DNA of 64,000 nucleotides from positions 496,001 to 560,000 of the forward strand of contig CAWKCK010000005.1 of NCBI GenBank assembly GCA_963848135.1, read 5' to 3'. This document shows, piece by piece, positions 38,320-48,746 of the stretch; the first letter of the stretch is position 1; each line of letters begins with the position of its first letter. Under the pieces are notes generated by a model. It was not told where the DNA came from. It ran no database searches and saw nothing but the letters and a program-made list of their open reading frames with translations. The position numbers were made by a program, and so were the translations under genes. This DNA comes from an uncultured delta proteobacterium (GTDB lineage: Bacteria > Desulfobacterota > Desulfobacteria > Desulfobacterales > SG8-13).

Positions 38320-39213
38320 TTGCGATGGGGAAACAGAATCCTGAAGATAGTTCTGGCAGCCATGACAGTTGCAGTGGTGGTCATCGGTGGCATATGGCTA
38401 AGGGCACGGCCGGCTGCCAACCATCCGTATTTCACATCGGACGATTTCATGGTGATCGCCCACCGCGGCGGTCGGGGCCTGGGTCCCGAAAACACCCTGA
38501 TGGCATTCCGGCTCAGCCTGGCGGCGGGCGCCGATGTCCTGGAAATGGATGTCCGCACCACAGCCGACGGGCACTTGATTGTGCTTCATGACGATTCGCT
38601 GGATCGTACCACCGATGGTTACGGTGCCGTGAACGAGATGATGCTGGCTCAAGTTAAAAAACAGGATGCCGGCTATCGCTGGTCAACCGACGGAGGGCGA
38701 AGCTTTCCATTCAGGGGCCGTGGCATCACGATTCCCACCCTACAGGAAGTTTTGAATGCAGTTCCCGAAAAGCCGCTAATTGTGGAACTCAAGGAGAATC
38801 GGCCAGCGATAAGCCAGCTGCTGTGCACAGAGTTGCGCAAGTATAATCGAACGGCCAGCGTCCTGGTGGCATCGGCCCATTCGGATGCACTGGAGAGCTT
38901 CCGCACTGCCTGCCCCCAGATGGCCACCTCTGCCGCACCCGCTGAAGCGATGCAGTTTCATCTGCTCAACCGGATGGGCTTGACCTCGCTATACTCCCCA
39001 ACCGAGAAAGCCCTTCTCGTCCCCACAACATTTAGAAAACGAAATGTTGTGTCACCAAAATTTGTTGCGGCTGCTCACCGCCGCAACCTGAAAGTCGCCG
39101 TATGGACAATCAATGCGGACGAAGACATGCGGCGGTTGATTGCCGCCGGTGTGGACGGTATTCTTACCGATTACCCCGACCGCCTATCGGGCATTATCCA
39201 TGAAAAGCCATAG
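38320..39213 (+). CDS. glycerophosphodiester phosphodiesterase
   Basis: IAHRGG, PENT, EMDV, VLHD, WTIN, GVDGILTDYP. Confidence 0.93.
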   Translation: MRWGNRILKIVLAAMTVAVVVIGGIWLRARPAANHPYFTSDDFMVIAHRGGRGLGPENTLMAFRLSLAAGADVLEMDVRTTADGHLIVLHDDSLDRTTDGYGAVNEMMLAQVKKQDAGYRWSTDGGRSFPFRGRGITIPTLQEVLNAVPEKPLIVELKENRPAISQLLCTELRKYNRTASVLVASAHSDALESFRTACPQMATSAAPAEAMQFHLLNRMGLTSLYSPTEKALLVPTTFRKRNVVSPKFVAAAHRRNLKVAVWTINADEDMRRLIAAGVDGILTDYPDRLSGIIHEKP

Positions 39214-39291
39214 TTCGCATAGCCGTTGCACAGTCAAGGCATCCGTAAACACAGCCGGCAATCGAAACGCGTATATGTGAGGATGGGTACA

Positions 39292-39329
39292 AGGAAAGGT
39301 CACCCTGCAGGCACAGGCTGACCTTTCCT
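39292..39329. terminator. stem-loop, candidate terminator
   Basis: AGGAAAGGTCA/TGACCTTTCCT arms. Confidence 0.5.
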
Positions 39330-39576
39330 CAATTCCTGAGCACTCTCCGCAACGGGGCCACCACCCCCTATCATCGATCCCTGCCTCTTTGGTGTAAAGA
39401 TTCAGGGCGTCACTTCAGAAGCTCTCAATAGCGGCTCTTTCCGGAAGCGATATAATCGTTGGACACATCAAAGTACTTAATGCTACTTTACCCATTGATA
39501 AACGGTGCGCCTTCACTGGACTTAGCCCGAAATTTCAGCAAACGCTCAGGTTAACCCTCCGCAAACCCCAGACCTG

Positions 39577-40281
39577 TTGGTCATGATGATATTGCCCCGG
39601 ATAATTTCCCTCGGTTTTTGCCGGATAATCATAGTGGTGACCTGCCTTGGTATGCCTGCTTGTGGTATTGTCAAAACCACCTACAAGATCACAAAAGGGA
39701 CAGTAAAAACGGGTTATAAGATTACCAAAGGAACGATAAAAATAAGCTATAAGGTCACAAAATTTGCCGGGAAAACAGTGTATACCATCGGCAAATACAC
39801 CATCCCCGTCGTTATGGCACCATTGACATGGCCGCTGACCCATGCAGATATCGAATCCATCGATGACCTGCCACCTAAAGACGCCATAAAGCAGGGCCGC
39901 GTCAAGAAATCGCCTTATGTTGTCAAAGGCAAACGCTATGTGCCCATGAGTGTTGAACAGGCGCAAAGTTATCGACAAAAAGGAATCGCTTCCTGGTACG
40001 GCTATGAGACCTATCGGCAAAAGGATGGGCATATGACGGCCAATGGGGAAGCCTTCGATCCCAAAGGCCTGAATGCGGCCCACAAATACCTGCCTTTGCC
40101 GACCTTCGTACGCGTAACCAACCTGGACAACCAGCGCCAAATTATCTTGCGGGTCAATGACCGCGGACCGTTTGTCGACGGTCGGATCATCGATTTGAGT
40201 GCGGGAGCGGCCAAGAAACTTGGGTTTTATGAAGAGGGGACGGCAAGGGTGGTCGTGGAAACCGTCGATATTGACGGTTGA
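39577..40281 (+). CDS. rlpA: RlpA family lytic transglycosylase lipoprotein
   Basis: GIASWYG, TANGEAFD, AAHKYLPLP, RVNDRGPF, IIDLS. Confidence 0.88.
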   Translation: MVMMILPRIISLGFCRIIIVVTCLGMPACGIVKTTYKITKGTVKTGYKITKGTIKISYKVTKFAGKTVYTIGKYTIPVVMAPLTWPLTHADIESIDDLPPKDAIKQGRVKKSPYVVKGKRYVPMSVEQAQSYRQKGIASWYGYETYRQKDGHMTANGEAFDPKGLNAAHKYLPLPTFVRVTNLDNQRQIILRVNDRGPFVDGRIIDLSAGAAKKLGFYEEGTARVVVETVDIDG

Positions 40282-40532
40282 TGGGTGCCCGAATGGCAGT
40301 GAACATCCTCATGTACGACATATATCCTCATCCACGGAGGGCCTATTTCACCTTGGAGGGTGTTCTCCATGGATATCATGTTTATCATAAAGTAAATGGT
40401 CAAAGTGTAAGCTGACATTATCTGGCAGAATACTTTTACCGCTTTGATATGATTTTTTTTATTTTATAAGGCCCCTTAGTGAAAAATGCGGATTCGCGGT
40501 TTACTCTGACATACAGGGGGGAATATATAAAA

Positions 40533-40760
40533 TTAAAACATTGAATAGCCTTCTCTACCGGCAACGATCATGATGATGCCGAAAATGATCGGGGCAATGC
40601 AGTAAAGAACCAAATGTATCAATCCACCGTTTTTCTCACCGAATCTTTCCTGCATCCTTTTCAATTTTTCGAACTTGTCATTCCGGGTGATGCGCAGGTA
40701 GAGGGAATAAATCCCGAAGAGTATCGCTGCAATGCCGATGCCGATAGTTGTTCTGTTCAT
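40533..40760 (-). CDS. small hypothetical membrane protein
   Basis: Two TM segments. Confidence 0.6.
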   Translation of the reverse strand: MNRTTIGIGIAAILFGIYSLYLRITRNDKFEKLKRMQERFGEKNGGLIHLVLYCIAPIIFGIIMIVAGREGYSMF

Positions 40761-41004
40761 GACGCCCTTTCTTTTTTCAGGATCATCACTGGGGGGCAGA
40801 GAAATCCACTGAACAAACAAATTGAATCATGGGAAACCAGATTATCGGTTTCCGGTTCATTCTGCAAGAGCTATAAGCACCCGATGTTTATCAGTCAGGA
40901 ATGGCCACTGTCGCAACCTGCATTTCCCGCAACAAATTCATTGCTGCCGTTATCAGCGAGCGGCCTCTGCGCTGTTATGCCGCTTTTCAAAAATCAAGGA
41001 ACTG

Positions 41005-42570
41005 ATGGTGAATCGTGAAGAGATGATCAACAGGGTCATGGATCGAGATGAACCCTGGGACATGCTGGTTATTGGCGGCGGCGCCACGGGGATGGGTATT
41101 GCGGTGGACGCAGCATCGCGTGGATATGACACGCTGCTATTGGAACAAAGCGATTTTGGTAAAGGGACCTCCTCCCGAAGTACCAAACTGATCCATGGGG
41201 GGGTTCGATATCTCCAGCAGGGCAATGTGTCCCTTGTTATGGAGGCGTTGCGGGAGCGTGGCATCTTGCGCAACAATGCCCCCCATCTGGTACATGACCT
41301 TGCCTTTATCGTCCCCAGCTATGACTGGTGGGAATCGCCATTCTACGGCATCGGACTGAAGATTTACGATATCCTGGCCGGCCGATACGGTTTCGGACCA
41401 TCCAAGGTTCTTACCAAAGAAGAAACGCTGAAACGCATTCCCACCATCAAGCGCGAAGGCCTGCGCGGTGGAATCATATACTACGACGGCCAATTCGATG
41501 ATGCCAGGCTGCTGATAAACCTTGCCCGCACCGCCTCGCATCAGGGCGCAACACTACTGAACTATACTCGTGTTACGACGTTGACAAGGAGTAAAAATGG
41601 ATTTTTGAACGGTGTGTTTTTTGAAGATGTGGAAACCGGCACAGAATATCAGGCCAGGGCCAGGGTCGTGATCAACGCCACCGGCCCCTTCACAGATTGC
41701 GTGCGCCGAATGGATGACCCCAAGGCACAGCCGATGATAACTCCGAGCCAAGGCATTCACCTGGTGCTGGACAGATCCTTCCTTCCGGGCACTTCCGCAA
41801 TCATGGTACCACACACCAGGGACGGACGTGTGATGTTCGCGCTTCCCTATCTCGGGGTCACGCTTGTGGGGACGACGGACACGCCGATAACAGACATCTC
41901 ACTCGAACCTCAGCCGATGACCGAAGAAATAGATTTTATTCTGGATACCGCGGGAGCTTACCTGGAGAGAGTCCCCACGCGAGCCGATATTTTGAGCCAG
42001 TTTGCCGGAATACGCCCGCTTGTTAAAACCGGAGAAGAGAAGAACACTATGGCCTTATCGCGTGATCACACCATTCATATATCCAACTCGGGCCTGCTTA
42101 CGATAGCGGGTGGGAAGTGGACCACTTATCGGCAGATGGCAAAAGAATGCGTCAAGCATGCTGTCGCCCTCGCTGACCTCGATATGAAACCCTGTATCAC
42201 CGAGCAGTTGAACATCCACGGGTTTCACAAAGCGCCGGAAAAGTTTGGGGAACTGGCCCTCTATGGTTCCGATGCACCAGCCATTCAAGATCTAATGCGC
42301 GTGCAGCCGGCGTATAACGAAAGACTGCACCCGGCATTGCCGGCCCGGCTTGGCGAGATCATCTGGGCCGTAAGATTCGAGGCCGCACGAACGGTTGACG
42401 ACGTCCTGGCACGCCGCACCCGATGCCTGTTGTTGAACGCCCGGGCAGCAAGGGAAGCTGCGCCAAAAGTCGCTTCGCTGATGGCCAAAGAGCTGGGGCA
42501 CAATCGCCAATGGGTGCGCGACCAAACAAAGACATTTCTGCAGATGAGCGAGAACTATCTGCCGCTATGA
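41005..42570 (+). CDS. glpD: FAD-dependent glycerol-3-phosphate dehydrogenase
   Basis: GGGATG, GTSSRSTKLIHGGVRYL, GGKWTTYR; start after AAGGA RBS. Confidence 0.92.
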   Translation: MVNREEMINRVMDRDEPWDMLVIGGGATGMGIAVDAASRGYDTLLLEQSDFGKGTSSRSTKLIHGGVRYLQQGNVSLVMEALRERGILRNNAPHLVHDLAFIVPSYDWWESPFYGIGLKIYDILAGRYGFGPSKVLTKEETLKRIPTIKREGLRGGIIYYDGQFDDARLLINLARTASHQGATLLNYTRVTTLTRSKNGFLNGVFFEDVETGTEYQARARVVINATGPFTDCVRRMDDPKAQPMITPSQGIHLVLDRSFLPGTSAIMVPHTRDGRVMFALPYLGVTLVGTTDTPITDISLEPQPMTEEIDFILDTAGAYLERVPTRADILSQFAGIRPLVKTGEEKNTMALSRDHTIHISNSGLLTIAGGKWTTYRQMAKECVKHAVALADLDMKPCITEQLNIHGFHKAPEKFGELALYGSDAPAIQDLMRVQPAYNERLHPALPARLGEIIWAVRFEAARTVDDVLARRTRCLLLNARAAREAAPKVASLMAKELGHNRQWVRDQTKTFLQMSENYLPL

Positions 42571-42611
42571 TAAGAAAAAGTGCAATACGGGCCCGTTGAT
42601 TATTTGACAAG

Positions 42612-43162
42612 CCGGATATTGGGAATACCTTCTTGACAGCGCCATCTATATAACGCCGGCCCATCCTAATTTCGGCGGTGCGGCCCTGATTGGACCCGAC
42701 GGACGATTGATGGGTATCGGCTCAATTGTCACCCGAATGACCGTACCCGAATATGGTCAGGTCCCCGGAAATGTGTTCGTCCCCATCGATCTGCTCAAGC
42801 CCATCCAGCAATCTCTCATTGAAACCGGGAGGTCCCTCTTCCCTGGACGGCCTTGGCTGGGAGTTTTTCTGGAGGAAAGTCATGGACGGGTTATTGTCAC
42901 CCGGGTTGCGGCGGACAGTCCGGCCGAAAAAGCGGGTCTGCAGCCCGGAGACATTATTCTGACGGTGAACAGGGAGCCGGTCAGCACATTGGCCGATTGT
43001 TATCGCAGAATCTGGGCCATCGGAAATGCCGGGGTAGAAGTCCCTCTCGAAGTTCTCAAACGGACCGAAATCCAGCCCCTGAAGATTCAATCAGCCGATC
43101 GTTACCAATATCTCCACATTCAGCCGGTAAAGGCTGGGCAACAGAAAACCTACTCGTTCTGA
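42612..43162 (+). pseudogene. 5'-truncated S1C-like serine protease with PDZ domain
   Basis: Frame reads AGYWEYLLDSAIYITPAHPNFGGAALIG upstream of the ORF start, then PDZ (SPAEKAGLQPGDII); N-terminal half missing. Confidence 0.7.
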
Positions 43163-43319
43163 AAGAGCAGCCGGCCATCACAAAAGGCGGATCTCTCACA
43201 TGAGACCAATTCATCGAGTACGTCCTTCAGATCGAAACCGGTGTCGCCGTGATCCGAATGTGAAGAATGTCCGCGGCCATTAAATATCTCTGGTGGCTTC
43301 GAATCGCTGTCTGCTATAT

Positions 43320-43673
43320 TTATTCCGGCAAAGTCGGCATATTTAACCGCAACAATACTGCTGTTATCCCCGGTAAAGTGTACATACAATGAAACAGTAG
43401 AGATGCGTATCGATACCTGAGTTTAAGTACAAAATACCGTGTCCAAGGGGTCAGAACGGAGGCGACAAGGATCCAAAAACCTTCAATGACCAAATTAGAC
43501 AAACTGGCCGTATCGCCAATTTCGGCAACAGTCAGTAATATCCAGATTGGCAGGCCGACTGCCGGAAGCGCATAGTCCCACCAGCGAATCTTTATGTATT
43601 TCCTGCTCATCTTCGTCGGTGGAAGACCGATGGCTATGAGAATCAGGATGATGATCGGCAGGCTGACGAGCAT
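43320..43673 (-). CDS. hypothetical membrane protein
   Basis: Four hydrophobic segments. Confidence 0.6.
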   Translation of the reverse strand: MLVSLPIIILILIAIGLPPTKMSRKYIKIRWWDYALPAVGLPIWILLTVAEIGDTASLSNLVIEGFWILVASVLTPWTRYFVLKLRYRYASLLFHCMYTLPGITAVLLRLNMPTLPE

Positions 43674-43770
43674 TTTTTGAGAGGTCTTACCGTAAGATAT
43701 CGGCAACTGATATCAGGTTAGAAAGCAGTATAGAGTACCTGCAATTGTTGCGTTATCGGATACAACGGAG

Positions 43771-44325
43771 CTAGGCGTGTCCGAAGGAACTTTGGAAAAG
43801 CTCGTGAAGGGCTTTACGACCATCATCGGTCAGGTTCCGGGTTCCCGTTCCCGCAAAGGTCTTGTCGGAAATCACCGGTGTGTCGGCCACCCAATTGTTT
43901 TCCTTCCAGGAAAACCACCCCTTTCGGTCCTGATCATACACACTGACCGGACGGTTGAAGAGCTTTGCCAGTTCGACCCCCCAACCGGTTCCCCCTTTGA
44001 CGGTATCGTCCGGTTGAATCCAGCCGACGGCAAAGACCTGGTAGCCCTTATTGACCATGTGGAATATGGTCTGAATGACCTTACGGATTTTCTCAGCCTT
44101 GGTATAGTTCCGATCCATACGGGTCGAAACGATCTCCATGCTGACGTCTCCTTTGTCGAGTTCGGCCGGCCCCAGGACGCGAATTCCGCGGTTTCGTTCG
44201 GTGTCGTGACCCTCGAACGAAAAATTAACCTCCTGGATACCCCAGCGCTCGGCCAACCGCCCGAATTCAGACTCAGCCCCCTTGTGGCCTCCACTGTAAA
44301 GTGTAATGTGTGATCGATCTGTCAT
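43771..44325 (-). CDS. SLOG-like (Rossmannoid nucleotide-binding) hypothetical protein
   Basis: SGGHKGAE, GGTGWGV, FAGTGTR motifs. Confidence 0.6.
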   Translation of the reverse strand: MTDRSHITLYSGGHKGAESEFGRLAERWGIQEVNFSFEGHDTERNRGIRVLGPAELDKGDVSMEIVSTRMDRNYTKAEKIRKVIQTIFHMVNKGYQVFAVGWIQPDDTVKGGTGWGVELAKLFNRPVSVYDQDRKGWFSWKENNWVADTPVISDKTFAGTGTRNLTDDGRKALHELFQSSFGHA

Positions 44326-44503
44326 TTCAGCATCCCCTTGTTGTTATTAGAATCTATATCGCTTGCGGTGCGCTAATGGTCGCTAACATTAAAAAACAGC
44401 ACACCCCATTGTACCGGAGTGTGCTGGCAGGTAACAGTAACCAGTTTTGTTCTGATTGCAACTGTGGAAATCGATTTTTTTCCGCTTTTCGAACATCAGG
44501 CCG

Positions 44504-44698
44504 CTACAAATAGATTTTTTTGACCCTTCCGACCTGGCCGTCGACCATTCGGACCTTGATGCCATGCGGATGATGGACCGATGACGTCAGGATTTGCTTG
44601 ACAACACCCCGGGTCAATTTCCCGGTTCGCTGATCTTTTTTCAGTACGACATCAACCGTTATTCCTGGCCTTATATTCCCCCTGTTTTTTCCATCCAT
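44504..44698 (-). CDS. YwbE family protein
   Basis: KKDQRTGKLTRGVV, HPHGIKV, GQVGRV. Confidence 0.88.
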   Translation of the reverse strand: MDGKNRGNIRPGITVDVVLKKDQRTGKLTRGVVKQILTSSVHHPHGIKVRMVDGQVGRVKKIYL

Positions 44699-44977
44699 CG
44701 GCATTTCTCCTTGAATATCGAAGCGCACCCAGACTCCGGTTTCAACGAACCGGGTTGATACTTTCAATTTTTGTTGTATTATGGATCAGGTCATCGCACA
44801 ATATTGTATATGGCATAAAGGAACTGTCCATCGTCGTGCGCCCATCGCCCGAAAATGTCACGAAATCTCTATCGGCAAGTAATTGTCATTTACCAGGTGT
44901 TGAGGTGATATTCAACATATCGCCTTATTCAGCAGGTGGCCTGCGGTAAAACCTATATTCGGGATAGGAGGCATCCC

Positions 44978-45442
44978 ATGATAACCGTCGAAGATATCAT
45001 GACCACCGAAGTGTTCACGCTCACTCCGGATATGGAAATCGCCACAGCCGGCAAAATATTGCTCGACAATAGAATTAACGGTGCGCCGGTGTTGGATGAT
45101 AATGGCCGTCTGGTTGGCATTCTCTGCCAAAGCGATCTGATTGCCCAGCAGAAAAGACTGCCGATACCGACCGTCTTCACACTAATGGACAGCGTGATCC
45201 AACTGACGTCAAAAAAGCAAATCGAAAAACAGGTCCGGAAAATAACAGCCCTCACAGTATCAGAAGCCATGACGCCGAACCCCGTCACTGTGCGCCCGGA
45301 CTCCGGCCTCGAAACGGTTGCCGCCCTCATGGTCGAAAGTAATTTTCATACGCTGCCCGTTTTAGACAATGGCCGCCTGGTGGGAATCATCGGTAAAGAG
45401 GATGTTATTCGCAATCTGTTATCCACCCTTGAAAAACACTGA
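44978..45442 (+). CDS. CBS domain pair protein
   Basis: VEDIMT, GAPVLD, AMTPNPVTV, LPVLD; AGGAGG RBS. Confidence 0.9.
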   Translation: MITVEDIMTTEVFTLTPDMEIATAGKILLDNRINGAPVLDDNGRLVGILCQSDLIAQQKRLPIPTVFTLMDSVIQLTSKKQIEKQVRKITALTVSEAMTPNPVTVRPDSGLETVAALMVESNFHTLPVLDNGRLVGIIGKEDVIRNLLSTLEKH

Positions 45443-45518
45443 AACTGGCTACTATTCTGCTTTCTTTCCTTCGACCTGAATGATTCGATTTCTCATCCCC
45501 GATCAGCGGGACACATCA

Positions 45519-45947
45519 ATGCAACCACAAATTCAAACATACAGCACCGAAGAAGTTAACCGTGTCATTCAGCGGGCACTGCACCTGAAACGGCGGATCG
45601 GTATCAGTCAGGAAGAACTTTTGGAAATCGGAAAAGATTTGGGTCTCGATTCCCGGATAATCGAGGCGGCGATAAACGAAGAAATTGTGGTTCAGTCAAA
45701 AGAAAAGGCTGAAAAGGACTGGCGTCAAAGCCGCAAGTTCGGATTTCACTGGCACCTTTGGAGCTACATCGTTACCAATGGCGTCCTGCTGCTGATCAAC
45801 ATACTGACGCCCGGTCCGTGGTGGTTTCAGTGGTCGGTGATCGGCTGGGGGATCGGCCTGGCATGTCACTTCCAACGTGCTTATTTCCCCACAAAGCGCC
45901 AGGTGAAAGAAGGTCTCCGGCGCGACAGCGCGCTTGAAAATCAATGA
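45519..45947 (+). CDS. 2TM domain protein
   Basis: FHWHLWSY...WWFQWSVIGWGIGLACH. Confidence 0.8.
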   Translation: MQPQIQTYSTEEVNRVIQRALHLKRRIGISQEELLEIGKDLGLDSRIIEAAINEEIVVQSKEKAEKDWRQSRKFGFHWHLWSYIVTNGVLLLINILTPGPWWFQWSVIGWGIGLACHFQRAYFPTKRQVKEGLRRDSALENQ

Positions 45948-46285
45948 CTTTAGTATGTCCAAAGTGAAAATGACAAATTGGGTGGCAACGATTGTTCATC
46001 GAACGTCACCTCAAGACAAGCGCCCAGGCAGTATTTCTAACCGGTTTAAAATGCTCACTCGCAGCCTATATGCGCCACTTTTTTAATGTTTCGAGCGTTA
46101 CCATCACCTAAAACCCTTAGGCGCCACGAGGCATTCCGATCGTTCCCGCCTGGGCCATTTGTGTGTCGCAGGTGTGCACTTCCCAAATATCACGCCCCGC
46201 AATCAAATCACCCCATCGGTAATTCCTAAAAAATTGGACGTACGCGTCCAACATGTGTTAGAATAGGACCATAAAACATAGAACA

Positions 46286-46369
46286 GGTTCCACGAAAAAG
46301 CCTAACCTGTCGTGAGACAGGGACGGAAAGCCACGGACCTTATAAAAGGTAGCCGGGTTGCCAAGGAGC
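46286..46369 (+). ncRNA. cyclic di-GMP-I (GEMM-I) riboswitch
   Basis: AACCTGTC-GTGA-GACAGGGACGGAAAGCC...TAGCCGGGTTGCC matches GEMM-I P2 (GNRA loop) and P3 architecture. Confidence 0.88.
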
Positions 46370-46381
46370 ACTGAGTAATGT

Positions 46382-46413
46382 GCCGAGCTACCGTTAAGTG
46401 GTTCGGTTTTTTT
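46382..46413 (+). terminator. intrinsic terminator (riboswitch expression platform)
   Basis: CCGAGCTAC...GTGGTTCGG stem followed by T7. Confidence 0.75.
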
Positions 46414-46526
46414 ATACCGCTTTCCAAGAATAAATTCCGAATAACGGAACGTTTTTCTGACAACCACTATAGCGTTTACCTTAACCGATTTACTAAAGAC
46501 GAAACCCTGAATCGAGGTATTTAAAA

Positions 46527-48002
46527 ATGAGAGGCTTGGTTCTGTTCATGGCGATTCTGGTGTCGGTTTACAGTACGGCGTTTGCGGAAACCGGCATTCG
46601 AGATTCGATTGTCAAAATATTTTGTGTCAGCAACAGCCCGGATTACGACAACCCGTGGAATCGTCGCGGCCCCAGGCGGGGATACGGCTCCGGATGTGTG
46701 ATAAACGGCAATAGAATTTTAACCAATGCGCATGTCGTCAGTGACCATACCTTTCTCCAGGTTCAGCTCAACGGAAACCCCGTGAAATACAATGCCCGCG
46801 TCGCATTCATTTCCCATGAGGCGGATTTGGCCCTGTTGACGGTCGATGATCAAAACTTTTTCGCAGGGGTAACGGCACTCGATCTCGGAGAACTACCCCA
46901 GGTCATGGATAAGGTCATCGTCTATGGATTCCCTGAAGGCGGTGATACGTTGAGCACGACAACGGGCGTGATTTCCAGAATAGAACACCGCCCTTATGCG
47001 CACAGTTTCAAAAATCTTCTGGCCGTGCAAATCGATGCGGCGATCAACCCCGGAAACAGCGGCGGACCTGCCATTGTCGAGAATGAAGTGGTGGGTATCG
47101 TCATGCAGCAAAATAAAAATTTTGAAAACATCGGTTACATCGTACCGACGACAGTTGTGAAACACTTTCTGGATGATGTTCAGGATGGGCGATATGACGG
47201 GTTCCCCCGCATCGGGGTCAAAACACAGAAGCTGAGCAACAAAAACATCAAAAACATGTACAAATTGAGTGATAATCAAACCGGCGTACTGGTGACCAAT
47301 GTCACTCCTGGGATGCTATCTGAAGGCATCCTCAATGCCGATGATATTCTCGCCTCGGTCGATGACCACCCCATTGCGGATGATGGTACCGTTGAATTTC
47401 GGCGGAATGAAAGAACATCCTTTTATCATTTTATTCAACGCCACCAATACGGAGATGTACTGAAACTAACGGTTATCCGTGAAGGTCAGGAGTTTCCTGT
47501 CGAACTGAATCTGAAAAAGGGTCTGGAGGATCATTATTTCGTTTCGACCTGTGAATACGATACCAAACCTAAATATTACATCTATGGCGGACTCGTATTT
47601 TGTCCCCTAACATTGAACTACCTGAGAACCTGGAAAGACTGGGAGACTAATTCCCCTTCAAATCTTTTAAATCTTCTCGTGAATAACGGTACGACGGAAG
47701 TCAAGGAAGAAGTTGTCGTGATGATTAAGGTTTTGGAGTCGGAGATCAATGTCGGGTATAACGAGTACACGAACCAGCGGATAGTGAAGGTTAACGGTCG
47801 AAAAGTCATCAATCTGAATCAGATGATCGCAGCTATTGATGCACAGAATGAAAACTCTTTCATGGTGTTCGAAACAGAAAGAGGCGAACAGCTCGTTTTA
47901 GATAATCGGAGGGCCATAGCCGAGCACGATGAGATTTTGGGTATATATGGGATTTTACAGGACAGATCCGAAGATTTTCGCAGGGTTGCCAAACTGGATT
48001 AA
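46527..48002 (+). CDS. exported HtrA/Deg-type serine protease with PDZ domains
   Basis: Signal peptide; LTNAHVV, DLALL, INPGNSGGP; YYIYGGLVF second PDZ-like domain. Confidence 0.92.
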   Translation: MRGLVLFMAILVSVYSTAFAETGIRDSIVKIFCVSNSPDYDNPWNRRGPRRGYGSGCVINGNRILTNAHVVSDHTFLQVQLNGNPVKYNARVAFISHEADLALLTVDDQNFFAGVTALDLGELPQVMDKVIVYGFPEGGDTLSTTTGVISRIEHRPYAHSFKNLLAVQIDAAINPGNSGGPAIVENEVVGIVMQQNKNFENIGYIVPTTVVKHFLDDVQDGRYDGFPRIGVKTQKLSNKNIKNMYKLSDNQTGVLVTNVTPGMLSEGILNADDILASVDDHPIADDGTVEFRRNERTSFYHFIQRHQYGDVLKLTVIREGQEFPVELNLKKGLEDHYFVSTCEYDTKPKYYIYGGLVFCPLTLNYLRTWKDWETNSPSNLLNLLVNNGTTEVKEEVVVMIKVLESEINVGYNEYTNQRIVKVNGRKVINLNQMIAAIDAQNENSFMVFETERGEQLVLDNRRAIAEHDEILGIYGILQDRSEDFRRVAKLD

Positions 48003-48190
48003 GCTATATCCAACAAATCTTCATCCTAACGACCAGTGCGCAAATTGGATCCCCGTTTGCAGCACACTGGTTGAAACCATCAGCGAGACACCCCCCATCG
48101 GCCCATTCCGACGAGAATATACGACACAAAGGATGGTGCCATTACTCACTTCACGATGATGCGTGAAGAAGAAATCAATTGCCGGATCAG

Positions 48191-48610
48191 TCACCGGCCG
48201 GTCACATCCCGTTGGATGGCCATGTAATGAGTGATCTCTTCTTTATCATTGCGAATGGGGGCAATTTTCCATTCCATCACAAACTCTGAACCGTCCTTGC
48301 GGTAATTGATAGCCTGACCGTGAAAAACGTCCCCGGCCTCGATATCTTCTCCCAACTTGCGAATGACATCCATGTCGGTTTTGGGTCCTTGGAGAATGGC
48401 GGGTGACATGCCGATGACTTCATGAGGGCCGTAACCGGTTAGCTCACAAAAAGCGGGATTGACATATATGATGGGAAAACCCTTGATAGCTTCAGTAATT
48501 ATGATCGAATTGAATGACTCCTCCATGGATGCCTCCAACAAACGCTTCATGATGATGCGGTAGTTGGGATCTTTTTCGAAAATATCGAATACATCCTTTA
48601 GTACCATCAT
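48191..48610 (-). CDS. stand-alone PAS domain protein
   Basis: YVNPAFCELTGY, ILQGPKTD, NYRKDGSEF. Confidence 0.88.
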   Translation of the reverse strand: MMVLKDVFDIFEKDPNYRIIMKRLLEASMEESFNSIIITEAIKGFPIIYVNPAFCELTGYGPHEVIGMSPAILQGPKTDMDVIRKLGEDIEAGDVFHGQAINYRKDGSEFVMEWKIAPIRNDKEEITHYMAIQRDVTGR

Positions 48611-48746
48611 TTATTTCCTTCCTTCATCTCACAATTTAGAATAAGGGTTCTATACCGACGTGCCGGTCTTTTTGATGCCGAAAGTTTGTGCGTGTTAAGC
48701 CGTTTAGTCTAAAAAATTTCTGCACAGGCAAAATCAAATCAATGTT

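Noticed and set aside
39330..39460. 6S RNA or c-di-AMP riboswitch
   Set aside because: Could not match the conserved motifs of either; kept only as a weak sRNA candidate.
48191..48610. LOV photoreceptor
   Set aside because: Lacks the GRNCRFLQ cysteine (has GMSPAILQ); called a generic PAS domain.
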